Shown here: one piece after another, positions 21,447 through 31,350 of the stretch | Numbering within the stretch: the stretch's first letter is position 1 | Layout of the letters: each line of letters starts with the position of its first letter | NCBI GenBank assembly: GCA_963837955.1 | Contig: CAWIPH010000002.1 | Coordinates: forward strand, 4,704,001 to 4,768,000 | Direction of reading: 5' to 3' | Length of the DNA: 64,000 bases | From: an uncultured Verrucomicrobiae bacterium | GTDB taxonomy: Bacteria; Verrucomicrobiota; Verrucomicrobiia; Chthoniobacterales; JAFAMB01 | Translations under genes and position numbers: made by a program | The notes under the pieces: model-generated | Seen by the model: the letters and a program-made list of their open reading frames with translations, nothing else | Told to the model about the DNA's origin: nothing | Database searches by the model: none

Positions 21447-22145
21447 ATGATCGAATGCACCATTCACGAGATACCATCAGAAGAGAGACCTCGGGAAAAA
21501 CTATTGTCGCGCGGGGTTTCCGCGCTGAGTGATGCTGAGCTGATCGCTATTCTGCTCAGAACAGGAATTCGCGGTGCTAACGCGATTGCCTTGGCCGAAC
21601 AGCTGTTGCAGCGATTTGGATCGTTTGCCAACCTCGCGCGAACTCCAGTGCTGGAACTGGCAAAAGTCAGAGGAATCGGCTTGGCTAAAGGAATTCAGCT
21701 GGCAGCTTCGTTCGCCGTCGGAGCACGCCTCGCCTCGGAACGGATCAGAAATGAGCCAATCGACAATCCCCAGACAATCCACGATCTCCTTGGGCCGGAA
21801 ATGCGTCTCTTGGACCGCGAATCACTGCGAGCAGTATTACTCGATGCCAAGCAACGACTGATAGTGGTCCAAGAAATCTCTCGGGGGACGCTAAACGAAA
21901 GTTTGGCTCATCCACGGGAGATCTTTAAGACCGCGATCACACATTCCGCGTTTTCCTTTATTCTGGTGCACAACCATCCATCGGGGGATCCCTCGCCGAG
22001 TGAAGCAGACGCCAGGTTAACCCGGCGTGTCGCCGACGCTTCGAGAATTCTTCAAATCACGCTGCACGACCACGTCATTATCGGTGCGCCTCAAGATGGA
22101 AATCGCGGCTATTTCAGTTTCAAAGAAGCCGGACTAATCGGCTAG
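21447..22145 (+). CDS. radC: RadC family JAB-domain protein
   Basis: ERPREKL, LSDAEL, HPREIF, HNHPSGDPSPSEAD, DHVII. Confidence 0.94.
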   Translation: MIECTIHEIPSEERPREKLLSRGVSALSDAELIAILLRTGIRGANAIALAEQLLQRFGSFANLARTPVLELAKVRGIGLAKGIQLAASFAVGARLASERIRNEPIDNPQTIHDLLGPEMRLLDRESLRAVLLDAKQRLIVVQEISRGTLNESLAHPREIFKTAITHSAFSFILVHNHPSGDPSPSEADARLTRRVADASRILQITLHDHVIIGAPQDGNRGYFSFKEAGLIG

Positions 22146-23032
22146 TTTCGATATTGATCCTTCACGTAAGTGATAAAACGTGTGACGACTTCGCTCACCG
22201 GTCCTCTTCGCCAGGCGATTCCATACCGGATCTTTGCCTCGACTGGGTGGAGTGGTACAAAACTGACCCCAGGGGCTGGTAGGCGGCTGATATGTTCAGG
22301 AAAAATGGAGATTCCGAATCCGGCCGCGACATACTGGACGCCGGTCCGCGCCCGATCAACTTCCTGGACAACTCTCGGCGTAAAACCCGCCCGATAACAT
22401 AAACGGGATAACCATGCTCGGTAGCTTGGAGCGTTCTTGCTGGAGGTGAAGATAAATGGTTCGTCACGAAGTCGGGTAAGCGCCACTGACTCCATCTTCG
22501 CGACCGGGTGATCATTTGGCACGCCGACCATCGGATTTTCTTCGGTGATACATTCAAGCCGGAGCCCGGGCGGTGGCTTACCATCAATTGGACCAACCAG
22601 CCCGATATCCAGGGTTCGCGCCAGCAACGCTTCTAATTGCTGAGAGGGAACCATCTCGGTCAACGAAACGTCCACGCCAGGATATTTTAGGCGAAATCGT
22701 TTTAACACGTGCGGCATCCATTCGTGACTCTGAGCACCGATGAAGCCAATGGCCAGAGAGGCAGCGTCTCCTCGCCCAATCCTGCGAAGTTTTCGTCCGG
22801 TATCCTCCAGTGTCTGGAAAATTTGATCGATTCCCGTAAGGAAGATCTTACCGGCCGCGGTTAGTTGAACCTGGCGACTGTTTCGCTCAAACAGGCCGAC
22901 GCCAAGTTCTCTCTCCAAGTCTCGAATTTGCGAGCTCACCGCGGATTGGGCCACGTGGAGCAAGGCAGCCGCGCGAGTAAAACTGAGCTCTTCGGCAACC
23001 GTTTTAAAATAGCGCAGGTGCCGCAATTCCAT
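22142..23032 (-). CDS. LysR-family transcriptional regulator
   Basis: MELRHLRYF...SFTRAA..LHVAQSAVSSQIRDLE HTH plus substrate-binding domain; divergent from an MFS gene. Confidence 0.95.
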   Translation of the reverse strand: MELRHLRYFKTVAEELSFTRAAALLHVAQSAVSSQIRDLERELGVGLFERNSRQVQLTAAGKIFLTGIDQIFQTLEDTGRKLRRIGRGDAASLAIGFIGAQSHEWMPHVLKRFRLKYPGVDVSLTEMVPSQQLEALLARTLDIGLVGPIDGKPPPGLRLECITEENPMVGVPNDHPVAKMESVALTRLRDEPFIFTSSKNAPSYRAWLSRLCYRAGFTPRVVQEVDRARTGVQYVAAGFGISIFPEHISRLPAPGVSFVPLHPVEAKIRYGIAWRRGPVSEVVTRFITYVKDQYRN

Positions 23033-23042
23033 CCAGAGAGCA

Positions 23043-23107
23043 ATCTATATTTAAGATAGGAGCAAGCGCAACAAGCTATTTTTATTATCATTTCAAGCTC
23101 ATATGAT
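23043..23107. promoter_or_regulatory. Two LysR-type T-N11-A dyad sites
   Basis: ATCT-N7-AGAT at 23043-23057 and ATCAT-N11-ATGAT at 23087-23107. Confidence 0.55.
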
Positions 23108-23118
23108 GAGGGAGCATT

Positions 23119-24654
23119 ATGATTCGTTTCCTGGTCCGCTCTGCTTCCTCTCAGGACCTGGGTACCTCTCCTCTCCACCGTCGTCCGCTCCTGAACGTAA
23201 AGGGCGGCCGTAAATCCGACCAGGGAGATCGAAACAAATGGTTCTCGCTTGCGGTGCTACTGGTTGGTCCGTTCCTCGGCGTCATTGATTTCTTTATCGC
23301 CAATCTTGGCATTCCATCGATCAAGAAATCTCTGCATGCCGGCTTTAGTGAAACGGAGCTAATCGTGGCCGGTTATGGTTTAACCTACGCCGTCTGTCTG
23401 ATCACCGGGGGAAGACTAGGCGACATATTCGGGCGGAAGAAGGTTTTCATTTTCGGGATGTTAGGTTTCAGCGCTGCTTCAGCGTTCTGCGGCTGGGCTG
23501 GTGACGCGACGGCTTTGATTTTTTGGCGTCTGCTCCAAGGGTGCGCCGCCGCGGTGATGTTCCCGCAAGCCCTCTCTTTCATCCAGGTGAATTTCACAGG
23601 ATCGGCCAAGCGCCTGGCCTTCAGCGCTTACGGGGCGATGATCGGTTTTGGGTCAATCGTCGGTCAAATCTTGGGTGGTTTCTTGATTCAAGCCGACCTA
23701 TTCCATCTTGGTTGGCGGCCGATTTTCCTCATTAATCTGCCCTTGGGACTAATCACGATTCTGGCCGCATCCCTATTTTTGAATGAATCGAGGGCGGAAA
23801 ACGCGCCCCGGCTCGATCCAATCGGAACGTTATTACTCACGATCGGTCTGTTCTTGTTCTCATTGCCTTTCATGGAGGGCACAGATGCTGGTTGGCCTTT
23901 TTGGGCATGGGGAGCCCTGGCCGCCAGCATCCCCTTTTTTGTCGCGTTTTATCGGTTCGAGTGCCGCTGCTCGGTTGACGGAGGCTCTCCGCTGGTCGAG
24001 CCCCGTCTGTTCCGGGATCGAGGATTCATGATAGGGATTCTGGTCACCTGCATTTATTTCGCAGGGCACACCTCGATGATATTGGTGCTTAGCTTGTTTT
24101 TGCAGCTGAGTTTGCAATTGGATCCGTTTCACGCCGGGTTGGTGTTAGCTCCATTCTCCTTCGGGTTTCTCGTGGGATCATCGTTTTCCGGAAAGCTTAA
24201 CGGTCTTTTCGGCCGCAATTCGCTACACTTGGGCGCAGCAATTCTGGCGGTTTCGCTGGTTGGCTTGTCGATTCAGGCAGCCCTTAGTCACGGTCAGATT
24301 ACACTGCTATTCGTTCTCACGTGTTCCGTCTATGGGGTAGGTCGAGGTCTGGTTACAGCTCCACTCTACAATACGGTGCTCAGCGGGATACCAGCGCGTG
24401 ATGCCGGCTCTGCTGCCGGTGTCACTTCCATGGCCCAGCAGGTGGCTAATTCGGTTGGCATTGCCGTAATTGGATCTCTCGTTTTCTCGTTGATTCCTTC
24501 ACGGGCCACTCCCGCGGACTACGCACATGGCTTCGTTGCCTCAAGCCTGATTAATCTTGCTCTCCTGGCTGCCGCTTCGATCCTGCTGCTGTTGGTCCCA
24601 AAGAGCCGAGGTCGTGATGTGGCAGCTTTCGACCCGGCTATGGCCGAGGCCTGA
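23119..24654 (+). CDS. MFS efflux transporter, DHA2 (14-TMS) family
   Basis: GGRLGDIFGRKKV motif A, GWRPIFLINLPLG, many TM segments. Confidence 0.92.
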   Translation: MIRFLVRSASSQDLGTSPLHRRPLLNVKGGRKSDQGDRNKWFSLAVLLVGPFLGVIDFFIANLGIPSIKKSLHAGFSETELIVAGYGLTYAVCLITGGRLGDIFGRKKVFIFGMLGFSAASAFCGWAGDATALIFWRLLQGCAAAVMFPQALSFIQVNFTGSAKRLAFSAYGAMIGFGSIVGQILGGFLIQADLFHLGWRPIFLINLPLGLITILAASLFLNESRAENAPRLDPIGTLLLTIGLFLFSLPFMEGTDAGWPFWAWGALAASIPFFVAFYRFECRCSVDGGSPLVEPRLFRDRGFMIGILVTCIYFAGHTSMILVLSLFLQLSLQLDPFHAGLVLAPFSFGFLVGSSFSGKLNGLFGRNSLHLGAAILAVSLVGLSIQAALSHGQITLLFVLTCSVYGVGRGLVTAPLYNTVLSGIPARDAGSAAGVTSMAQQVANSVGIAVIGSLVFSLIPSRATPADYAHGFVASSLINLALLAAASILLLLVPKSRGRDVAAFDPAMAEA

Positions 24655-24735
24655 AACCTTGGCCAGATGAACTTCAGGGGCCGTCGTTCGCCCGAATGAT
24701 CGACAGATGACAGGGATGCATTCTATTAATCCGGA

Positions 24736-25548
24736 ATGATTCATCCGACCGCTATCGTTGATTCCCGAGCGGAAATCGGGCCAGGGACGCAAATCGGGCC
24801 CTATGTAGTGATCGAAGGCCCGGTAGTCGTCGGCGCAGACAACGAAATTCAAGCTCACGCGATCATCACTGGAGAAGTTCGGATCGGGACCCGAAATCTG
24901 ATTGGCTACGGCACCGTGATTGGAGGACTTCCGCAGGACCTCGCATTTGATCGTTCTTGCTCGACGCGCACAGAGATCGGCAATGACAACGTCATTCGGG
25001 AGCACTGTACAATCCATCGCGGCACGAAACCGGCGAGCGCTACAACCATAGGCTCCCATAATATGCTGATGGTAGGGGCGCATTTAGGACATAATACGCA
25101 GATTGGAAACCACGTGATTCTCGCCAACAACGTGTTACTGGGCGGATATGTTCAAGTTGGAGATCGCGCATTTCTCGGGGGTGGCGCCGTATTTCACCAA
25201 AACATTCGGATAGGATCTGTATCGATGGTGTCCGGGGCGGCTGCAGTCAGCAAAGACGTTCCGCCCTTCTCCATTGCGGTCGGCATGAATAGCGTTGTGG
25301 GGGTCAATATTGTCGGTCTACGCCGAGCGGGATTCGGATCGGCTTTGCGGACGGAAGTGAAGAGAGCGCACGACCTCTTGTATCATTCCGGCCTGAAAAT
25401 CACCGAGGCCATCGCTCGCGCGGCGGAAACAACTTGGTCCGTTCCCGTTCAGGAATTCTGGGACTTTGTCCAGTCTTCTAAACGCGGTGTATGTGCTTTC
25501 GCAAGATTCAGCGATATCAAGGAAGAAAGTATTTCGGATGCCGAGTAG
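24736..25548 (+). CDS. lpxA: Acyl-ACP--UDP-GlcNAc O-acyltransferase
   Basis: MIHPTAIV, hexapeptide repeats, PQDL, IREHCTIHRGT, AHLGHN, FHQ, KDVPPF, NIVGLRR. Confidence 0.9.
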   Translation: MIHPTAIVDSRAEIGPGTQIGPYVVIEGPVVVGADNEIQAHAIITGEVRIGTRNLIGYGTVIGGLPQDLAFDRSCSTRTEIGNDNVIREHCTIHRGTKPASATTIGSHNMLMVGAHLGHNTQIGNHVILANNVLLGGYVQVGDRAFLGGGAVFHQNIRIGSVSMVSGAAAVSKDVPPFSIAVGMNSVVGVNIVGLRRAGFGSALRTEVKRAHDLLYHSGLKITEAIARAAETTWSVPVQEFWDFVQSSKRGVCAFARFSDIKEESISDAE

Positions 25549-25802
25549 GGACGACCATCGTCGCGGAGGAGACTTCGTCTTTTCGGGTAGTTTCCCGTGT
25601 CAATTTTTGACCTCAGCGAATACCTAATTTCCTTCTTTTGGCTTGGAGAGGAACTGGACAATTTCGGTCAAACTTCGTGAAAAATTCGCTCCGTTTTGTC
25701 GAAAAACTGGCTTCCTTGCCGAAATTTAGCATTTTTGCGACAACGTTGATTCATAAGATTTTCCATTGACATCGTCCCGGAAAAGAGAACCTTCGGGACT
25801 TT

Positions 25803-26303
25803 ATGAAGTTATTCCACCTGCTCTCGGTGGGATTGTCGTTCTTAGTTGCTAGTTGTGCTTTAGATGATTCTCACAACAAATCTGCTGCGGCATCCCCCAA
25901 AAGCTCGCCGAAAACCGTCCAGGTAAGGACCACAGCATATACCCACTCCGAAGCAGGGCATCGACAATATGGCAGGAGCAACGCCATTGGCACCCGACTG
26001 GCTGTTGGTGGGACGAATAGTGCCGCCGCGGATTGGTCTAAATTTCCGGTAGGTACGAAGTTCAAAATTCTCGGCCAGAAGCAGCTCTATGTCGTCGATG
26101 ACTATGGTTCGGCTCTTGTGGGAAAAAATACGATCGATCTATATATGCCCACATGTGGCATGATGAATCGATGGGGCACGAGGAGTGTCACGATCGAATT
26201 GATCGAACTGGGTTCCTACACAGATAGTCTGAAGATTCTCCGCCCGCGCTGCCGGGCAGCCTACATCCGAAGAATGGTGACGAGTCTTCAGTCGAAAATC
26301 TGA
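25803..26303 (+). CDS. 3D-domain lipoprotein (lytic transglycosylase-like)
   Basis: Lipobox LVASC; TTAY, AAADW, VDDYGSA, IDLY (three Asp). Confidence 0.85.
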   Translation: MKLFHLLSVGLSFLVASCALDDSHNKSAAASPKSSPKTVQVRTTAYTHSEAGHRQYGRSNAIGTRLAVGGTNSAAADWSKFPVGTKFKILGQKQLYVVDDYGSALVGKNTIDLYMPTCGMMNRWGTRSVTIELIELGSYTDSLKILRPRCRAAYIRRMVTSLQSKI

Positions 26304-26319
26304 GGCGACTCTGCAAATT

Positions 26320-26347
26320 GCGGCCGTTTTCTTAAAAGAGAGGCCGC
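26320..26347 (+). terminator. Possible terminator hairpin after the 3D gene
   Basis: GCGGCC...GGCCGC inverted repeat; weak U-tail. Confidence 0.35.
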
Positions 26348-26416
26348 TTCCCCGACCGCGAAACACTTCGTTTTTTCGGCTAGGCAGCAAGCGAAATCCG
26401 GTTAGGGTCACGCCCT

Positions 26417-27388
26417 GTGAATGTATTCGTCACCGGCGGGGCCGGTTATATCGGAAGCGTCTGCGTTGAAGAACTTCTCAACCTTGGATACGCGGTTACA
26501 GTCTTCGACAATTGCTCCGAGGGTCATCGGCAAGCGATTGATCCTCGGGCGCGGTTCATCGAGGGGAATTTAAACGAACCAGCATCGATCCTTGCCGCGG
26601 TGAGTTCTGCTGCGCCGGAGGCAATCATGCATTTCGCTGCGAACGCCCTGGTCGGCGAGTCCATGGAAAATCCGTACAAATATTTTCATAATAATGTTTA
26701 CGGTGGCCTCAATTTGCTACGTGCGGCCGTGGAGGCTGGCGTGAAGAGGTTTGTCTTTTCGTCTACGTGCGCCACTTATGGCATCCCCGAACGGGTGCCG
26801 ATTGACGAAGAGACTCCGCAACATCCGATTAACCCGTACGGAGAGTCAAAGCTGATGTTTGAGAGGATGCTTCGGTGGTTCGATCAGATTCATGGGATTA
26901 AATATGTGGCGCTCCGCTACTTCAATGCTGCGGGAGCTTCCGAGCGATTTGGGGAACACCACCGGATCGAGACCCACCTGATTCCGCGAATTCTGGCCGT
27001 TGCGCTCGGCCACAGCCAACACGCGGAGATATTTGGCACCGATTATCCCACTCCGGACGGTACCTGCATTCGCGACTACATCCATATCTACGACCTGGCC
27101 CAGGCCCATATCCTTGCTCTGTCCACCCCCGATAGCGGCTATTTCAATCTGGGGACCGGCGGAGGTGTCTCGGTCTACGAGGTCATCGAAGCATGTCGCC
27201 AAGTCACTGGGCGCGAGATTCCTGTGGTAGAGAAACCGCGCCGGCCGGGAGATCCTCCTCGGCTGATCGCCGCGTCAGCGAAAGCCCAGAAAGTTTTAGG
27301 ATGGATACCGAGATATCAGGACATTCACGGAATCGTGAAAAGCGCCTGGGCATGGCACGAAAAGCATCCGAATGGTTATTCGGAATAA
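26417..27388 (+). CDS. galE: UDP-glucose 4-epimerase
   Basis: GGAGYIGS, FSST, YGESK, LRYFNAAG, DGTCIRDYIH. Confidence 0.95.
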   Translation: MNVFVTGGAGYIGSVCVEELLNLGYAVTVFDNCSEGHRQAIDPRARFIEGNLNEPASILAAVSSAAPEAIMHFAANALVGESMENPYKYFHNNVYGGLNLLRAAVEAGVKRFVFSSTCATYGIPERVPIDEETPQHPINPYGESKLMFERMLRWFDQIHGIKYVALRYFNAAGASERFGEHHRIETHLIPRILAVALGHSQHAEIFGTDYPTPDGTCIRDYIHIYDLAQAHILALSTPDSGYFNLGTGGGVSVYEVIEACRQVTGREIPVVEKPRRPGDPPRLIAASAKAQKVLGWIPRYQDIHGIVKSAWAWHEKHPNGYSE

Positions 27389-27522
27389 CGCCATGGATCT
27401 TCAGATTGGAGCGTCGAGTCGAAAACCGTTCTGGATCTACTCGTCCGACTAAGAGGTTTCTCCTTGCTTTTATCGCTTAGCCGCGATTCGGTGGGGTTCA
27501 TTTTCAGTGCTCTAACCCTTCC

Positions 27523-29745
27523 ATGACTGGCCGGCTAATCGCCCTCTCGCTGTTGCTTTGGCTTACGACAGTTTGTCGCGCCCAGGACGTCGCCGAGCTG
27601 CCGAAGTTCGGTGAATTTCCGGTCGAAATCACAGCCGATGAAACCAAATATGAAGGTGGCGTCGCAATTGCCCAAAATCATGTGGTCATTCATTACGGCG
27701 ACATTGCGATTTATTGCGAATACGCTCAATACAACCCGGACACGCACGATGTCCTGCTCAAGGATCGCGTGCGAATCTATCGACAAGATTACGCATTTAC
27801 CTGCGACCGGGCCGTCTACAACCTCGAAACCAAGAAACTCATAGCGGCAGATTTTGGCGGCGCCAAGCCGCCCTTCGAGTTCACGGGGGACAATCTTACC
27901 TCGATTCAAGAGAACGAGTACAAAGTCTATAATGGGACGCTGACCACGAGCGATTCATCAAAACCAGACTACCACGTCAAAGCCAAAGGCATTCGGATTT
28001 ATCCAAATGACCGAGTCATCTTCACCAATGCCACCATGTATGTTGGCACAACGCCGGTTTTCTGGTTTCCCTACCTTTACCAGTCGCTAAATGACGAATT
28101 TTCTATTTTACCGAGCGTTGGCTACAACAGCACCTACGGCGCGTTCTTGTTTACCCTGATCAAGTTTCCCGTAAACGATTACACGGACGCCACACTCCAT
28201 CTTAACTGGAGTTCGTCACGCGGCCCATCCATCGGCTTGGACCTCTCTTACATTTTCGGAGATAATGACGAGAACTACGGTACCTTAAAGACTTTTTACA
28301 TCAACGACCAGGAACCGAATCTCAACCAAACGTCTCTAGGACGACAAACAATTAGCCCTGGTCGTTACCGGATCACTTACCAATCCCGAACGTACTTGAC
28401 CAGCGATATCAGCGCGGTCGTCAACGTTACCAAATTGAGCGATCCCTTTGTGCTTCAGGACTATTATCCCTTCGAATTTCAGGTCGATCCGCAGCCAGAT
28501 AGCTTTCTCGAAGTCGTCAAGAAAGGAGAAGCGTACACCCTTAGCGGTTTCGTTCGTTACCAAGTAAACCCTTTTTTCGAGACGACCGAGCGGCTGCCGG
28601 AATTTTCGTGGGAAATAGCGCGCACGCCCCTGCTAAATTCGCCGATTTTTTATGAAGCGACCACAAGCGCTGGTTTCTTGCGGCGAGCATTTCAGTCCGC
28701 ATCACCAAACCCCGATTACCATTCTTTTCGCCTTGATACCTTTCATCAATTTACCTATCCGAAAACTTACTTCGGATGGCTCTCTTTCGTACCGCGAGTG
28801 GGTGTTCGCGGCACCTACTACGAAGACACCGGACAATTCATCCAAGCTGACTCTCTTTTCAATAACACGTTTCCGGCAGTCGGCGTGATTAAGCCCGAAG
28901 GCGCTGGGAGCCGGGTCGTGTTCAATGCTGGCGCGGAGGCTTCTTTCAAGCTTTCACGAGCCTACGAGGGCGTTCAAATCCGGTGGCTTGGCCTGGATGG
29001 GTTGCGCCATGTCATCCAACCGTTCAGCGATTTCTCATGGGTTTCGAACCCGAGCCTCAAGCCGGGAGATATTCTTCCTTTTGATCGATTTATTCCAAGC
29101 TCGCAGATCCCCCCGATCGAATTCCCCCAATTTGTGGCGACTGATTCGATCGACCATGAGACGGTCTGGCGAATCGGTGTTCGGAACCGTCTGCAAACCC
29201 GGCGTGATAACGCAACCCTGAACTGGTTAGAGGTAGACAACTACTTTGATGTGAATTTTCGGAATCCTTATCAGCCGGGTCACTATTCGGATCTGGTCAG
29301 TAATATCCGATTTAATCCGGTACCATGGCTCAATCTAGTCGTTAATTCCCAGTTACCCGTTTTTAGCAAGAAACAGTTCTGGGAAATTAACACCTACCTT
29401 TGGTGGACGATTACCCCAAGCATTGACCTGTTTGTCGGCGATCTTTACCTCGACCACAGCACCGCCTTTACCAACAGTCACCAAATCTTTGTCCAGAGCT
29501 ATTTTCGGCTTAACGACAACTGGGGATTTAGTGTTTACGAACAGTACGAGGCCGCTCTCGGCATCCTGCAAGAGCAACGGTACATTATTCACCGCGATTT
29601 GAGCAGTTGGGTTGCATCCTTCGGGTTGATCGCTCGCAATAACGGCGCCGGCAAACAGGATGTCGGCGTCCAGTTGATCTTAACGCTCAAAGACCTGCCC
29701 AAGTTCGGGCTACCAATTGATCTCACTCCGAGCAATGGACTTTGA
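27523..29745 (+). CDS. lptD: LPS-assembly outer-membrane protein LptD
   Basis: Signal peptide, OstA-like N-domain (ITAD, AVYN), PVFWFPY, LSD.FVLQDY, ERLPE, RHVIQP, GVRNRLQTRR. Confidence 0.85.
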   Translation: MTGRLIALSLLLWLTTVCRAQDVAELPKFGEFPVEITADETKYEGGVAIAQNHVVIHYGDIAIYCEYAQYNPDTHDVLLKDRVRIYRQDYAFTCDRAVYNLETKKLIAADFGGAKPPFEFTGDNLTSIQENEYKVYNGTLTTSDSSKPDYHVKAKGIRIYPNDRVIFTNATMYVGTTPVFWFPYLYQSLNDEFSILPSVGYNSTYGAFLFTLIKFPVNDYTDATLHLNWSSSRGPSIGLDLSYIFGDNDENYGTLKTFYINDQEPNLNQTSLGRQTISPGRYRITYQSRTYLTSDISAVVNVTKLSDPFVLQDYYPFEFQVDPQPDSFLEVVKKGEAYTLSGFVRYQVNPFFETTERLPEFSWEIARTPLLNSPIFYEATTSAGFLRRAFQSASPNPDYHSFRLDTFHQFTYPKTYFGWLSFVPRVGVRGTYYEDTGQFIQADSLFNNTFPAVGVIKPEGAGSRVVFNAGAEASFKLSRAYEGVQIRWLGLDGLRHVIQPFSDFSWVSNPSLKPGDILPFDRFIPSSQIPPIEFPQFVATDSIDHETVWRIGVRNRLQTRRDNATLNWLEVDNYFDVNFRNPYQPGHYSDLVSNIRFNPVPWLNLVVNSQLPVFSKKQFWEINTYLWWTITPSIDLFVGDLYLDHSTAFTNSHQIFVQSYFRLNDNWGFSVYEQYEAALGILQEQRYIIHRDLSSWVASFGLIARNNGAGKQDVGVQLILTLKDLPKFGLPIDLTPSNGL

Positions 29746-29819
29746 AACGGTCGGCGACAGCTTTCGCTGGACATGATAACGATCGTCGTTATGGGAACAG
29801 CTTTGATTTCAGTATTTGT

Positions 29820-31139
29820 ATGAAAATTGCAATTATCGGTTCCGGTTACGTTGGGTTGGTCACCGGCGCCTGCTTCGCCGAGGTGGGCCACGAAGTGATC
29901 TGCGTAGACAATGATGAGCGAAAAGTTAAGACACTTCGAAGCGGCATAATTCCGATTTACGAACCCGGTCTTGAACAATTGGTTCAGCGCAACGTCTCGG
30001 CACACCGCCTTTACTTTACCGGTAGCATCGAAGAAGGAGTCGATAACTCTGCCGTTATTTTTATCGCCGTTCCGACGCCTCCTCAAGCCGATGGCAGTGT
30101 TGATCTGACCTACATCGAGCGTGTTGCTCGCGAAATAGCATCAGTACTTAAGGAATATCGAGTAATCGTCGATAAGAGTACGGTCCCAGTTAAGACCGGA
30201 GAGAAAGTCGCCGATACGATCCGGAGGTATAGCAGGGTCAACGTCGAGTTCGACGTGGTGAGTAATCCCGAATTTCTTCGGGAAGGCTGCGCCGTCGCCG
30301 ATCTTATGAACCCCGATCGTATTGTCATCGGATCAAACAGCGAGCGCGCGTTGGCCATTATGAAAAGGGTCTACGAGCCTTTTATGGCACCAATTATGGT
30401 TACCGACATCAATAGTGCCGAACTGATTAAGCACGCTGCGAACTCCTTCCTCGCCCTCAAGATTTCGTACGTCAATGCGCTGTCGACCATCTGTGAAGCC
30501 AGTGGAGCAGACATCGAAAAGGTTGCCGACGGGATCGGATCGGATAAACGAATTGGGCGCAGTTTTCTCAATGCCGGGCTTGGTTACGGAGGCTCCTGCT
30601 TTCCGAAAGACATTGCCGCTTTCATTGCCATCAGCGAACAGATCGGGGCACCATTCCACCTCTTGAAAGAGGTTCAGCGGATCAACCAGAATCAGCGGGA
30701 GCGTTTTATCAAGAGGTTGCGCGACACCTTGTGGGTGCTAAAAGAGAAACGAATCGCTGTTTGGGGTCTCACCTTCAAACCCGATACCGACGACGTTCGC
30801 AGCTCGGTCGCCGTCGATATTGTGAACGACCTTATCCGAGAAGGTGCTCAGGTAACTGCATTCGACCCCAAAGGAAACGAAAAGATACACGAGCTGAAGC
30901 TCTGCCCGGGAGTTCATCTTGCCAGTTCGGCGCTGGAGGCCGTCCAAGATGCGGAAACCTTGATCCTAGCGACGGAGTGGCCCGAGTTCGCCGACGCCGA
31001 CCTGGCCGAAGTACATCGTCGCATGCACACCCCGATCGTGTTCGATGGCAGGAATCTCTTCGACCCCACGACGATGAGAGATCTGGGTTTTCAATATTAC
31101 GGGGTCGGCCGTCCGGGGCCTCAAGCCGGCACGACTTAA
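29820..31139 (+). CDS. ugd: UDP-glucose 6-dehydrogenase
   Basis: GSGYVG, KSTVPV, SNPEFLREG, GYGGSCFPKD, FKPDTDD, FDGRN. Confidence 0.95.
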   Translation: MKIAIIGSGYVGLVTGACFAEVGHEVICVDNDERKVKTLRSGIIPIYEPGLEQLVQRNVSAHRLYFTGSIEEGVDNSAVIFIAVPTPPQADGSVDLTYIERVAREIASVLKEYRVIVDKSTVPVKTGEKVADTIRRYSRVNVEFDVVSNPEFLREGCAVADLMNPDRIVIGSNSERALAIMKRVYEPFMAPIMVTDINSAELIKHAANSFLALKISYVNALSTICEASGADIEKVADGIGSDKRIGRSFLNAGLGYGGSCFPKDIAAFIAISEQIGAPFHLLKEVQRINQNQRERFIKRLRDTLWVLKEKRIAVWGLTFKPDTDDVRSSVAVDIVNDLIREGAQVTAFDPKGNEKIHELKLCPGVHLASSALEAVQDAETLILATEWPEFADADLAEVHRRMHTPIVFDGRNLFDPTTMRDLGFQYYGVGRPGPQAGTT

Positions 31140-31350
31140 GTCGCTCTGGCGCCCAGCCCGGTATATCCTCTTAAGCAGAGCGAGACGGCAGACCGCTTCC
31201 TCTGCGCGATACGCTCTCTCCCTTTTGCCGATCTGCCATTCTCCGGACAAACGGTTCCCAAAATCGGTGGCAGTGGTTAATTTTTATGGGAACTTAACCT
31301 TCGGCGTTGGGCGGACCGCGGACGGGAAAATCATTTTGAGCGTGGTGTAT

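Noticed and set aside
21447..22145. radC as a marker of a mobile element
   Set aside because: It is the long chromosomal form with an N-terminal HhH region; no integrase, att site or cargo nearby.
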